Positions 1 to 7,808 of a stretch of DNA of 39,913 nucleotides are shown in pieces (the stretch's first letter is position 1; each line of letters opens with the position of its first letter). The notes beneath the pieces were generated by a model. It was not told the DNA's origin. It ran no database searches and saw only the letters and a program-made list of their open reading frames with translations. Source of the stretch: an uncultured Spartobacteria bacterium (GTDB taxonomy: Bacteria; Verrucomicrobiota; Verrucomicrobiia; Chthoniobacterales; UBA6821); NCBI GenBank assembly GCA_903831635.1, contig CAIKYN010000059.1, positions 1-39,913 on the forward strand. The letters run 5' to 3'. Made by a program: the position numbers and the translations under genes.

Positions 1-90
1 GCAAAGGAGCAAGAAATCCCCGAGGTAAAGGTCCGGGAGATCAGCGAGAGGTTCGCCAGAATCCAGGAGAAAGTACTACAAACTGCTTAG
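1..90 (+). CDS. 3' end of a CDS that starts upstream of the window (product unknown)
   Basis: Frame +1 is open from base 1 to TAG at 88-90 (AKEQEIPEVKVREISERFARIQEKVLQTA*). It is too short to name. Confidence 0.25.
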   Translation, partial: AKEQEIPEVKVREISERFARIQEKVLQTA

Positions 91-293
91 TGAGCTGGAA
101 CTTGGGATGCTCCCAAGCTGGAGCACCAGAGATGACATGGAGGTACAGAGTCCTTGGCATGTTCATGAACAGGAAAACAAATGCCCCAGCGGATGCAGCA
201 ACTCTGCTCAATAGCCGTCGCGTACCCGCCGGCCTCCACTCCAGTGAGGTGGCTGGGATGCTTGGATTCCAAGACCACGATATCCTATGCTAG
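90..293 (+). CDS. small hypothetical ORF, possibly a truncated HTH/excisionase-like fragment
   Basis: GTG at 90 overlaps the preceding TAG by 1 nt. The stretch LHSSEVAGMLGFQDHDI resembles the HTH of AlpA/Xis-type proteins, but the ORF stops right after it. The support is weak. Confidence 0.2.
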   Translation: MSWNLGCSQAGAPEMTWRYRVLGMFMNRKTNAPADAATLLNSRRVPAGLHSSEVAGMLGFQDHDILC

Positions 294-377
294 ATGTGGT
301 CCTCATCCCGGGTTGTTACCGAGTAGTGTGTGAGTCACCACCCGCACACGGTGACTAGCCCCAAAACGGTTTTTTTT

Positions 378-407
378 GGTGTCCGTTTGGTGTCCGTTTG
401 GTGTCCG
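378..407. repeat. three tandem copies of GGTGTCCGTTT (11-bp period), iteron-like
   Basis: Read directly: ggtgtccgttt ggtgtccgttt ggtgtccg, preceded by ccccaaaac and a T-run. Confidence 0.9.
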
Positions 408-563
408 CTACCTCTAGATCCTGTGTTTATAGGGCTCTAGGAGTTGGAGGCGGGGGACGGAATCGGGCTGCGTCTGTCGCGTCTGCAGGGTTAAAATAGC
501 ACCTTCTACAGAGTAATCAAGGCTACTCGGTACGTTTCGAAAACTACCCCAAAACCACAATTT

Positions 564-583
564 GGTGTCCGTTTTGGTGTCCG
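564..583. repeat. two further copies of GGTGTCCG (12-bp period), same orientation
   Basis: Read directly: ggtgtccgtttt ggtgtccg, again preceded by ccccaaaac (552-559). This is a second copy of the module seen at 364-407. Confidence 0.9.
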
Positions 584-853
584 TTGCGTACCGAGGGACC
601 TTCCTCGCACAAGTGGGATAAATCTGATCTAGTGCTGGTTGGTCTTTAACCACACGGCGAGCCAGCGGACCGAGAAGATTTCCATCTCGGGGGGTAGGTG
701 ATAGGCAAAGTCGAACTCCGATGCCGTGGTTGATTCCTTCATACCTTGGCTTCCCCTTAGTTGGTGCTAGGGTGAGAGTTATGACCAACGAGTTGCTTAA
801 ATCAACTTGAGAACAAGCAGCGCCGAGAGAGGAACGACGCCAACATCAAAGCT

Positions 854-1168
854 TTGGATACTGGAGAGATTGCCAAGATGAGCGATAAGGAACTAGCTGC
901 TTGGAGTACCCAACAGGATGCAGACAGCCCTCAGAGGACACTTGCCATGTTCGAGTGGCAGAGACGGCTCAATAAACAACACGCTGAAGGAAAGCTGAAA
1001 GGAGCCTCGCTCGGTGGGCGATCTGCGATCATTAGTGCGCTGCTTGTTGCTTTGGTGACGTGGTTCGGTAGCCACTACGGCACCAAGCAAGAACACGACG
1101 CTGAAATGAGACTTCTACGGGGTTTATCACTCCTTAAGCGAGAAGCATCTTCCGCGGTATGTGGATGA
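854..1168 (+). CDS. hypothetical small membrane protein
   Basis: 104-aa ORF with a TTG start; an ATG at 879 is an alternative. It has one hydrophobic helix (SAIISALLVALVTWF) and no recognisable family. Its 3' end overlaps the transposase remnant. Confidence 0.3.
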   Translation: MDTGEIAKMSDKELAAWSTQQDADSPQRTLAMFEWQRRLNKQHAEGKLKGASLGGRSAIISALLVALVTWFGSHYGTKQEHDAEMRLLRGLSLLKREASSAVCG

Positions 1169-1286
1169 GTTTTCCTGCCGCCTGAACGATGGAAATTGCA
1201 GGGTTCACACGCTGGATCGCATGGATTCGCTTCTTCGCTGCACTATCGGAAAAGGGATCACCTATGCAGAGTTGACACTGGCCTAG
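1110..1286 (+). pseudogene. C-terminal remnant of an IS1595-family (ISXO2-like) transposase
   Basis: Translation SEKHLPRYVDEFSCRLNDGNCRVHTLDRMDSLLRCTIGKGITYAELTLA* matches the conserved C-terminal KHLxRYxDEFxxRxN...R(L/I)TY..L tail of IS1595 transposases. No DDE domain lies upstream, because an in-frame stop occurs at 1107. Confidence 0.5.
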
Positions 1287-1406
1287 ATGGTGATCAACTA
1301 TCCTGTTTGATAATTGACTCCTCGGCCCGTGAAAGCCCGCTTTACTCTGTGACAAAAAAGACACACAGATTTTTGTGGAACGGCAGAACGGCAGGGTCTA
1401 GTCTTC

Positions 1407-2066
1407 TTGGTGCTTTGGATGATTTCCAAAGCTCCCACCTCTCCAATGACTGACACTCCTACGAAATCATTGAACGCTGAATCTTCCTCGATCTTTACGA
1501 TCGGCGATGCCATTCAGCAGTACGCTAAAAACGGTGAACAATCGATCCATAAAGGATATAGAGATGTAATCAAAATGCTTGTCGATAGTGGCTATGACAA
1601 GCCAATCAAGAACGACTCATACGAGGACGCATTATTTCTTTCAGACATCATGTTTGAGAACTCCCAGAAGTCCGTCAAAATTTTTACCGGCGGAGGAATT
1701 GAGGAATTTATAGAGGTTCTGAATGATCAATTTAAGAAGATGCTTCACCGCATAAAATTAAATAATGGATCAGTAAAAGTGGTCACACTTGGCGGTGTTA
1801 TTCCCAATGCTCTTAAGCAACTTGTTGTAGAATACAAAGAAACACTTCAAGTGGTCGCTGCTAAAGCTAAAGAAGGAACTGAAGTTCGCCACTTTATTGT
1901 ATGTGATGAAAAAATGATAAGGTCAGAAGAACCTCATGGTCCACTTACTAAAGATAGCCCCGCTTCAGACATTAAAGCTGAAGTGTATTTTGATAATCCT
2001 TCAAAGGGAAAGTTTTTTTCTGATATGTTTGATGCCATTTGGAAAAAAGTTGGGTCTGGAAATTAA
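1407..2066 (+). CDS. hypothetical soluble protein (family not recognised), first gene of an AT-rich two-gene cassette
   Basis: 219-aa ORF in visibly AT-rich DNA. The start is uncertain (GTG 1407, ATG 1416 or ATG 1446). The segment RHFIVCDEKMIRSEEPH is faintly PLD-like but lacks the HxK motif. Confidence 0.6.
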   Translation: MVLWMISKAPTSPMTDTPTKSLNAESSSIFTIGDAIQQYAKNGEQSIHKGYRDVIKMLVDSGYDKPIKNDSYEDALFLSDIMFENSQKSVKIFTGGGIEEFIEVLNDQFKKMLHRIKLNNGSVKVVTLGGVIPNALKQLVVEYKETLQVVAAKAKEGTEVRHFIVCDEKMIRSEEPHGPLTKDSPASDIKAEVYFDNPSKGKFFSDMFDAIWKKVGSGN

Positions 2067-2184
2067 ATCAATTAAGGTACTTTTGTGGAAATGTTTTCGG
2101 TTATTGGATTGATGCTGTCACTATAAATCCATTAAGGTACTTTTGTGGAAACGTTTTCGGTTATTGGATTGATGCTGTCACTAT
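2065..2184. repeat. 60-bp perfect-period tandem duplication (2 copies, 2 mismatches)
   Basis: Segment 2065-2124 matches 2125-2184 (aaatc[a/c]attaaggtacttttgtggaaa[t/c]gttttcggttattggattgatgctgtcactat). It duplicates the 5' end of the downstream membrane-protein gene. Confidence 0.95.
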
Positions 2185-2645
2185 TCGGAGGGACATATAC
2201 TGCAATAGCAGCACTAAAGGGATGGACTGACTCTATTGTTCATGGTCATAAAAAACGGAGAATCGACGCCGCAGAAGAGCTTAAAAAATACGATGGAAGA
2301 AAGCACTCTCAAGGAATAGGTAAATTTTATGGAGGAGCGTTGGATATTTGTTGCTTAATATACCATTTGGCCCAAGCGGTTCCTGTTATTGGATTCTCTG
2401 TATTTTCTTTATGGATGACGCATTGGACAATAAATAATTTTTCAGGGGAAATTCCACATGAACAAATTGAATTTTGGAAAAAATTGATAAGTTTCTCATA
2501 TTGGACAGTTATTATCACTTTAATAGCCATAACATTAGTTCTCGTGGTTGCATGGATTTTAGGAAAGCTTTTGGACAGTCATATGAAAACTGTAACGGAG
2601 TCATTTGCTCCAGATGTGGTAGCAGTTGTTCCCCCTCCTAAATAA
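2145..2645 (+). CDS. hypothetical multi-pass membrane protein (about 3 TM helices)
   Basis: 166-aa ORF with a GTG start at 2145 or in-frame ATG at 2172. Hydrophobic helices are SVIGLMLSLFGGTYTAIAAL, AVPVIGFSVFSLWM and WTVIITLIAITLVLVVAWILG. The DNA is AT-rich. Confidence 0.6.
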   Translation: METFSVIGLMLSLFGGTYTAIAALKGWTDSIVHGHKKRRIDAAEELKKYDGRKHSQGIGKFYGGALDICCLIYHLAQAVPVIGFSVFSLWMTHWTINNFSGEIPHEQIEFWKKLISFSYWTVIITLIAITLVLVVAWILGKLLDSHMKTVTESFAPDVVAVVPPPK

Positions 2646-2742
2646 TTTTTTACAACGGGAGTCAGGTATGTAGTTCCCAAATCAAAATTCTGGAAAATGC
2701 GCATTAATCTTTTATTCCATCTTGACTAGATAACACAGGATT

Positions 2743-2758
2743 GCTCCCAACCGGGAGC
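2743..2758. repeat. hairpin GCTCCC-AACC-GGGAGC at the AT-rich cassette / GC-rich backbone border
   Basis: Perfect 6-bp stem read directly. A near-identical hairpin occurs at 35771-35792. Confidence 0.7.
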
Positions 2759-2783
2759 GTGGAGACCGTCTTGATCGTTCAGC

Positions 2784-3113
2784 GTGGCGGGGATGAACAA
2801 CCCACACATACCCGACAACGACATCCAGAACGCCGAAACTCGCCATCCGGTTGACCATATCGAGCCCCTCCCTAGCGGGGAGAGCGATACCATTGAGAGG
2901 ATCTGTGAGGTCTTAGGCCGTACCTTTGAATGGGTCGCCGAAGCGGAGGAACCCTCCGAGAAAGGCCTCCGTGCCGCCGTGGTGCTCTACTGCGTCCGTT
3001 CCGATCTTGTCGGCAAGGAGAGCCTTGAGGACCTCGCCTTCTCTCTCCGCTACTCGGAGGGGGAGGTGGATGATCTCATCCAGGGGTTCTGCCACGCGAT
3101 CAACTGGAAGTGA
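2784..3113 (+). CDS. hypothetical protein (conjugative-element backbone)
   Basis: 109-aa acidic ORF with a GTG start (ATG at 2793 is an alternative). Its stop overlaps the next start (GTGA at 3110). The GC-rich codon usage resembles its neighbours. Confidence 0.5.
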   Translation: MAGMNNPHIPDNDIQNAETRHPVDHIEPLPSGESDTIERICEVLGRTFEWVAEAEEPSEKGLRAAVVLYCVRSDLVGKESLEDLAFSLRYSEGEVDDLIQGFCHAINWK

Positions 3114-3331
3114 GGATCATCGGGATGCCTCCGGCTGACCTTCATGCCCTGTTGTTGGAGGACTATTTTTTCAGCTGGGTCGATCGGGGTGTAGCCGTGG
3201 GGGCCACCCCTCTCTTCACAGGCGTGGTGGAGGGAGAAGACCTTCCGTCTGCTGTGGGGCGCCGGTTCGGTCTTCCGCCCGAGCAGGTGGAGGAACCTCT
3301 GGCACTAGCTCGGAGGGAGGTTGCGCTATGA
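3110..3331 (+). CDS. hypothetical small protein
   Basis: 73-aa ORF bracketed by overlaps with both neighbours (GTGA at 3110, ATGA at 3328). Confidence 0.45.
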   Translation: MRIIGMPPADLHALLLEDYFFSWVDRGVAVGATPLFTGVVEGEDLPSAVGRRFGLPPEQVEEPLALARREVAL

Positions 3332-4287
3332 GTCGTGACATCTACGAGGGCATCACGACTCGCTTCATCGAGCAGCTGCAGAAGGGCACAGTCCCGTGGC
3401 AAAGACCCTGGTCGGGAGTTCAGAACCTCGTATCCCGCAAACCCTATCGTGGAATCAATTCCCTGATCCTTGGAGGGAGTGAATTCCAGTCCCCCTACTG
3501 GATCAGCTTCAAGCAGGCGAAGGATCTAGGGGGGACCATTCGTCAGGGAGAGAAGGCCACCCCGGTCATCTACTACAAGCTCTTCGAGAAGCGGGATGAC
3601 CAAGGGAATCTTGTTCTCGGCAGCAACGGCCACCCCACCCGGATCCCCTTCATCCGCTGGAGCAATGTCTTCAACCTCGACCAGACGGAGGGTATCCAAC
3701 CCCCGTCGCAGGCACTCCCTCAGAATGACATTCAGCCCATCGAGAAGGCTGCCTCGATCGTCCGTGAAGCAAAGCTCTGTCCCATCCGGGAAACGGGTTT
3801 CGTGGCGGCCTATTCGCCGCAGGAGGACGTGATCCGGATGCCCGCCCAGAAGACCTTCCGGAGTCCCGAAGCCTACTACCAGACCCTCTTCCATGAGATG
3901 ACCCATGCCACGGGCCATGCCTCCCGGCTAGACCGGGAGGGGATCACCCAGCCGGTTAAGTTCGGTTCGGAGCGTTACTCCAAGGAGGAGTTGATCGCAG
4001 AGCTTGGTGCCTCGTTCCTGGCGAACGAGGCTGGCATCCTGAACAAGGTCGAGTTTGAGAACTCTGCGGCCTATCTGGCCTCATGGATCGAACGTCTCAA
4101 GAACGATCCCAAGATGATCTTCACGTCCTCGTCGCAGGCCCAGAGAAGCACCGACCTGATTCTTGGAGTGGAGCTCAAGGAGTCCCTCTCAGCAGAGACT
4201 CAGGCACCAGCTTTGCCGAAGGAGGAAGCAGTCCTGGCACAACAAACCATCGGGAAGCCCTCCAAGGGGCCAAGAATCTCCCTATGA
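3328..4287 (+). CDS. ardC: ArdC-like antirestriction protein (N-terminal ssDNA-binding domain plus zincin metalloprotease domain)
   Basis: The N-terminus ITTRFIEQLQKGTVPWQRPW and YRGINSLIL is typical of ArdC/DUF1738. The C-terminal metalloprotease motif is HEMTHATGH. It sits in a conjugation context. Confidence 0.9.
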   Translation: MSRDIYEGITTRFIEQLQKGTVPWQRPWSGVQNLVSRKPYRGINSLILGGSEFQSPYWISFKQAKDLGGTIRQGEKATPVIYYKLFEKRDDQGNLVLGSNGHPTRIPFIRWSNVFNLDQTEGIQPPSQALPQNDIQPIEKAASIVREAKLCPIRETGFVAAYSPQEDVIRMPAQKTFRSPEAYYQTLFHEMTHATGHASRLDREGITQPVKFGSERYSKEELIAELGASFLANEAGILNKVEFENSAAYLASWIERLKNDPKMIFTSSSQAQRSTDLILGVELKESLSAETQAPALPKEEAVLAQQTIGKPSKGPRISL

Positions 4288-4360
4288 GGACAGGAGCGAG
4301 CTCCATGGGGAACCATTCCCGTGCCCCTGCTCATTGGCCGGGATCGGCCGTTACACTCAC

Positions 4361-4395
4361 GGCTCTGGGGCGGGCCAAGGCCTTGCCCCGGAGCC
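4361..4395. promoter_or_regulatory. 35-bp imperfect inverted repeat (candidate oriT or terminator hairpin)
   Basis: Sequence ggctctggggc-gggccaaggcctt-gccccggagcc has 11-bp arms with 1 mismatch. It lies in the 430-bp non-coding gap between ardC and the relaxase operon. Confidence 0.4.
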
Positions 4396-4611
4396 TTCCT
4401 CTCCCGACCAATCAGCCAACCGTGAGGAGTGACCGGCAGCGGTTCCGCCCATTACCGGGAGACCTTGGCAGGGCCTTCGGCATCCCGGCAATCGGCTCCC
4501 TTCGAAATGACCCGCGTGGAAGATCGCCACACCCTCATCAGCCCCATGACCCGACCCTCTGGAACGTCCAGGTAGAGGGGAGTTTCCCCGTACTCCAAGT
4601 GATGCAGGATA

Positions 4612-4634
4612 GTGATTTCCCCCGGGGAAATCAC
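4612..4634. promoter_or_regulatory. 23-bp perfect palindrome (candidate oriT inverted repeat or RHH operator)
   Basis: GTGATTTCCCC-C-GGGGAAATCAC lies about 87 bp upstream of the RHH accessory gene and the relaxase. Confidence 0.45.
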
Positions 4635-4720
4635 AGCTTCGCCTTTGCCGTGCAAAGAACATGTTCCTGCGCGTGTCGGGCACGCTTCGGAATCCACCTG
4701 GCCTTTTGCAACTTTTGAGC

Positions 4721-4951
4721 ATGGGCAGGAAGAAAATTCCCGGCACCTACCGCGTCGAGATTCTGCTCACGCCTGAGGGGCATTCGCGTCTCAAAGTGAT
4801 CAAGAAACAGCTCCGCTTGCGGAACCAAAACGAGGTGATCGAGGCACTGCTTTTGAATGCAGTCGGAGAGGAAAAGGGCGGTGGGCAACTCACCGAGGAG
4901 ATTGCTGAAAACGTCCTCCTGATCCTTGAGAGATTGGAGCAGCTCGCATGA
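4721..4951 (+). CDS. MobC/RHH-like relaxosome accessory protein
   Basis: ATG at 4721 gives MGRKKIPGTYRVEILLTPEGHSRLKVIKKQLRLRNQNEVIEALLLNAV, a beta-strand/helix/helix pattern of ribbon-helix-helix proteins. Its stop overlaps the relaxase start (ATGA at 4948). Confidence 0.6.
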   Translation: MGRKKIPGTYRVEILLTPEGHSRLKVIKKQLRLRNQNEVIEALLLNAVGEEKGGGQLTEEIAENVLLILERLEQLA

Positions 4952-6099
4952 AGAACGGGCTCATCTTTCCCTTTAAAACGACATGGCGGGAGCGGTTGGA
5001 TCTCGACTACCTCGATGAGACATCGGCACGGAAAATCGCCGCTCGTGGAGAGCGACATGCCATGCGGAAAGTCGATCAAGCTGATCCCTCGGCAATCGGT
5101 AAAAGCCTGAAGCAATTTGCTGACTACGCCTCCAAAGAAACCATCGGTCAGGTTCATGCAGGGGGATTCCTGCATCACCTCATTGTTTTGAATCCGGATG
5201 GCACCCGTTCAGCTCCTGCGGCACTCACCAACTCGGAGCGGAAAAAACGCATTACTGAGGAGTGGCTCACCCACCTACGCAAGTTTCAAACCAAGGCGAA
5301 GAACCCCGTGATTCAGCACAGGCTGATCTTCACGATGTCGACACCTTTTCACGACAAACTCGTGGCCGCAGGACTCAATCCCGACACCGTTCTTCAGGGT
5401 ACGTTGCGCAAGATGATGCGGCAGTTTCAGGAGCGATTTCATCCCGGGGATTCAATCGGTTACGCCTACGGCATCCATCACGATACGGATCATCTCCATG
5501 TTCATGTGGCGCTCTGTCCGAGGACGAAAAAGGGGGCCTATGTCGGCTGCAGCACCTCACGCACACGGACCTCGGGGAACCGCAATCAGATCGAGTATTT
5601 GATGAACTGTTTTGAGAGCGAAAACCGCATCTGGGAGAAGCGTCTCTCCGATCCCCTGAAGCTTCATCAGAACCTCGCAAAGCGACTCGATTCCGACAGG
5701 CAAACCATTGTTCCTAAGATCACCGCACAGCAACAGACGGCTCTCAAACGCGATCAATCCCTCTATGCAACCCGGTTGCGTTACGGCTATCAGGCGATCC
5801 TCGATCTCGAGACAGCATTACAGAAAAAGCGTCAGGCCCAGCGTGCCGTTCGAATTCTGAGGCGAGTGCCAAAACTCTTTGGCCGCAGAAGGCCGGCCCC
5901 TATCCGAACGATCCAAAAAGTGGCTGAAGCCATTGAGAAAATGTCCATCAGGGAGATGCAGGCGCAACTCAGTCGGATGAAGCAATCCTACCGCGCAGAT
6001 CACCACATTTATTGCCAGCACTACGGCGATCCGACCCTTCAAACCCATGTCCATCAAAACACCCATGCCCAAGTCCAGCGCACGCGCCAGAGCCTTTGA
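4948..6099 (+). CDS. conjugative/mobilisation relaxase (MobA/VirD2-type nuclease domain)
   Basis: Histidine-triad motif GIHHDTDHLHVHVALCPR (HxDxxHxH). It is positioned between an RHH protein and the coupling protein. Confidence 0.85.
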   Translation: MKNGLIFPFKTTWRERLDLDYLDETSARKIAARGERHAMRKVDQADPSAIGKSLKQFADYASKETIGQVHAGGFLHHLIVLNPDGTRSAPAALTNSERKKRITEEWLTHLRKFQTKAKNPVIQHRLIFTMSTPFHDKLVAAGLNPDTVLQGTLRKMMRQFQERFHPGDSIGYAYGIHHDTDHLHVHVALCPRTKKGAYVGCSTSRTRTSGNRNQIEYLMNCFESENRIWEKRLSDPLKLHQNLAKRLDSDRQTIVPKITAQQQTALKRDQSLYATRLRYGYQAILDLETALQKKRQAQRAVRILRRVPKLFGRRRPAPIRTIQKVAEAIEKMSIREMQAQLSRMKQSYRADHHIYCQHYGDPTLQTHVHQNTHAQVQRTRQSL

Positions 6100-6292
6100 T
6101 TTTGTCTCCTGCCTGAAGTTCGTTTTCCGCCCCCGGCGTGTGGATGCCTACTTTCATCAGGTGATCGGGGAGCAGGCCATCACGACAGTGCATTTTCAGG
6201 GATACACGCAGGAGATTCCTGATCCGGAGCAGGTGCTTTACGGCTACCTATCGCGAAGGCTTCAGCCGGAACCCTCAGATGAGGATTGCTGA
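6047..6292 (+). CDS. possible small ORF between relaxase and coupling protein
   Basis: 81-aa ORF overlapping the relaxase 3' end. A shorter version could start at GTG 6140. It ends 14 nt into the T4CP gene and has no recognisable family. Confidence 0.2.
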   Translation: MSIKTPMPKSSARARAFDFVSCLKFVFRPRRVDAYFHQVIGEQAITTVHFQGYTQEIPDPEQVLYGYLSRRLQPEPSDEDC

Positions 6293-7808
6293 CCTCATCA
6301 TCTTTTTCGGCAGCATCGCCGGAGCGATTGCCGGTCACTTTCTGCTCGTTCCTCCCTACTCATGGGGAGTTGTTTCCCTATGCGCACTCTTTGGTGCCTG
6401 GAGCCTCTTTGGGGAGGTCCATGCGGGCAATGTCGTGGTACGCCTCGGAGGGCTTTCTTGGTCGATGGAGGATTTTGTCCGGGGATGGCTCATCACCGGA
6501 CGGACCGGCTCCGGAAAAACCCAGTCCGGGATCAATACAATCACCTACCAGATCTTCCAGAATGTGAAGGATTGGGGAGGCATCTGCCTCGATCAGAAAG
6601 GGCTCTACTGGGAGATCTTGGTCCGGATGGCAGCCCACTTCGGCAGGAGCAATGACCTGGTGCTTCTGCAGACCCGTCCTTCGGGGGAAAGCGTCCTCTG
6701 GAGACCACCCAATACGATCAACATTACCGGCAATCCCGAGGTCCCTTCATCCACCTATGCCAAGGTGATCGTTGATACAGCTCTTTCACTGACTGGGGGG
6801 AGGGGAGGGAACCCCTTCTTTCCCATCCGTGCTCAGCTGGCGATCCAGATGGCCTTCGACATCCTCCGGCACCTGGAGTCCTACGTCACCATCCCGAACA
6901 TTCATTCCATGCTCCTCAATCAAGAGGATGGCGAGGGTGTCATGAAGCAGTTGCACAGGTTAGGAGATGAGCGCTCCTTGGAACTTCTCTCCTCACTGAG
7001 GATCTATCTGGAGCAACCCCCAGAGCAGCTTGGGGGTGTTCAGGGGACCCTGAGTACGTACCTGGAGTTTTTTCTGAACCGCGAGATCGCCGAGGTCTTC
7101 TGTGCCGAGGAGCCGACATTCTCGGTTGGGGAGATTGATCAGGGGAAGATCGTCTGCCTTGCGATGCCGCAGAAGTTCCAGAGCGAGCGCCTCTACATCA
7201 ATACCATCCTAAAACTCTCCTACTACTTCCACGCACTCAGTCGCTTTGACAAACCTGCCGAGCAGCGTGAGAAGGACAACCTGCTGGTTCTCTTTGCTGA
7301 TGAGGGACAGGAAATCATTACCGGGGCAGAGTCGGCCTTCGCCGATCACCGGGCTGCCGGGATCATCCGAGAGGCCAAGGCGACCATCGTGCTGGCCACT
7401 CAGGCCTATACGTCGTTGCTTGGCTCTTTGGACAAGCGCTATGCCGATGTCCTGATGCTCAATCTCAGCAACGAGCTGATCTTCACCGTGGCCAACCATG
7501 ATTCAGCCGTCATTGCGGCGAAGAATATCGGAGAGCATGAGGTCACCGAAAAATCCTGGGGATGGTCCGCGGGGAAGCGCTCCTATAACTACCAGACCCG
7601 GATCAAACCTTGGTTCGATGCCTTCCGGCTTCGGAAGCTCCCTCGATTCACGGCGATCGTTTGCCACTGCGAGAAACCGTTCCGGAAGCGGCTTATCCCT
7701 CCCATTACCCCAGAAGGGATTTATCCCACTTGGTTCACCCAACTCCGCCCCGACTATGCGCTTCGCCAATGGTGGCGTGGCAAAACTCCATCCCCGTTCC
7801 ACTCATGA
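6279..7808 (+). CDS. type IV coupling protein (VirD4/TraG family)
   Basis: Two N-terminal TM helices, Walker A ITGRTGSGKTQ, Walker B LLVLFADEGQE, and a TQAYTSL motif. Confidence 0.85.
   Translation: MRIADLIIFFGSIAGAIAGHFLLVPPYSWGVVSLCALFGAWSLFGEVHAGNVVVRLGGLSWSMEDFVRGWLITGRTGSGKTQSGINTITYQIFQNVKDWGGICLDQKGLYWEILVRMAAHFGRSNDLVLLQTRPSGESVLWRPPNTINITGNPEVPSSTYAKVIVDTALSLTGGRGGNPFFPIRAQLAIQMAFDILRHLESYVTIPNIHSMLLNQEDGEGVMKQLHRLGDERSLELLSSLRIYLEQPPEQLGGVQGTLSTYLEFFLNREIAEVFCAEEPTFSVGEIDQGKIVCLAMPQKFQSERLYINTILKLSYYFHALSRFDKPAEQREKDNLLVLFADEGQEIITGAESAFADHRAAGIIREAKATIVLATQAYTSLLGSLDKRYADVLMLNLSNELIFTVANHDSAVIAAKNIGEHEVTEKSWGWSAGKRSYNYQTRIKPWFDAFRLRKLPRFTAIVCHCEKPFRKRLIPPITPEGIYPTWFTQLRPDYALRQWWRGKTPSPFHS

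Noticed and set aside
378-583. Short tandem repeats considered as a CRISPR array
   Set aside because: The units are 11-12 bp and directly abutting, with no spacers. There are only five copies and no cas genes. This is not a CRISPR array.
414-788. 124-aa minus-strand ORF spanning the iteron region
   Set aside because: It runs straight through the GGTGTCCG repeats and has Arg/Pro/Gly-rich, low-information composition with no family resemblance. I treat the region as non-coding.
4083-4746. Several long overlapping ORFs (211 aa +, 89 aa +, 129 aa -, 81 aa -) in the ardC-to-relaxase gap
   Set aside because: They mutually overlap in different frames, and their translations are Arg/Pro/Ser/Gly-rich, as is typical of open frames in GC-rich DNA. 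The first also overlaps the ardC 3' end. I treat the region as intergenic and a possible oriT.
7610-7804. Upstream extension of the AAA+ ORF (345-aa version)
   Set aside because: The extension lies entirely inside the T4CP coding frame and translates to Pro/Arg-rich sequence. The ATG at 7805 gives an ATGA overlap with the T4CP stop and a sensible N-terminus.
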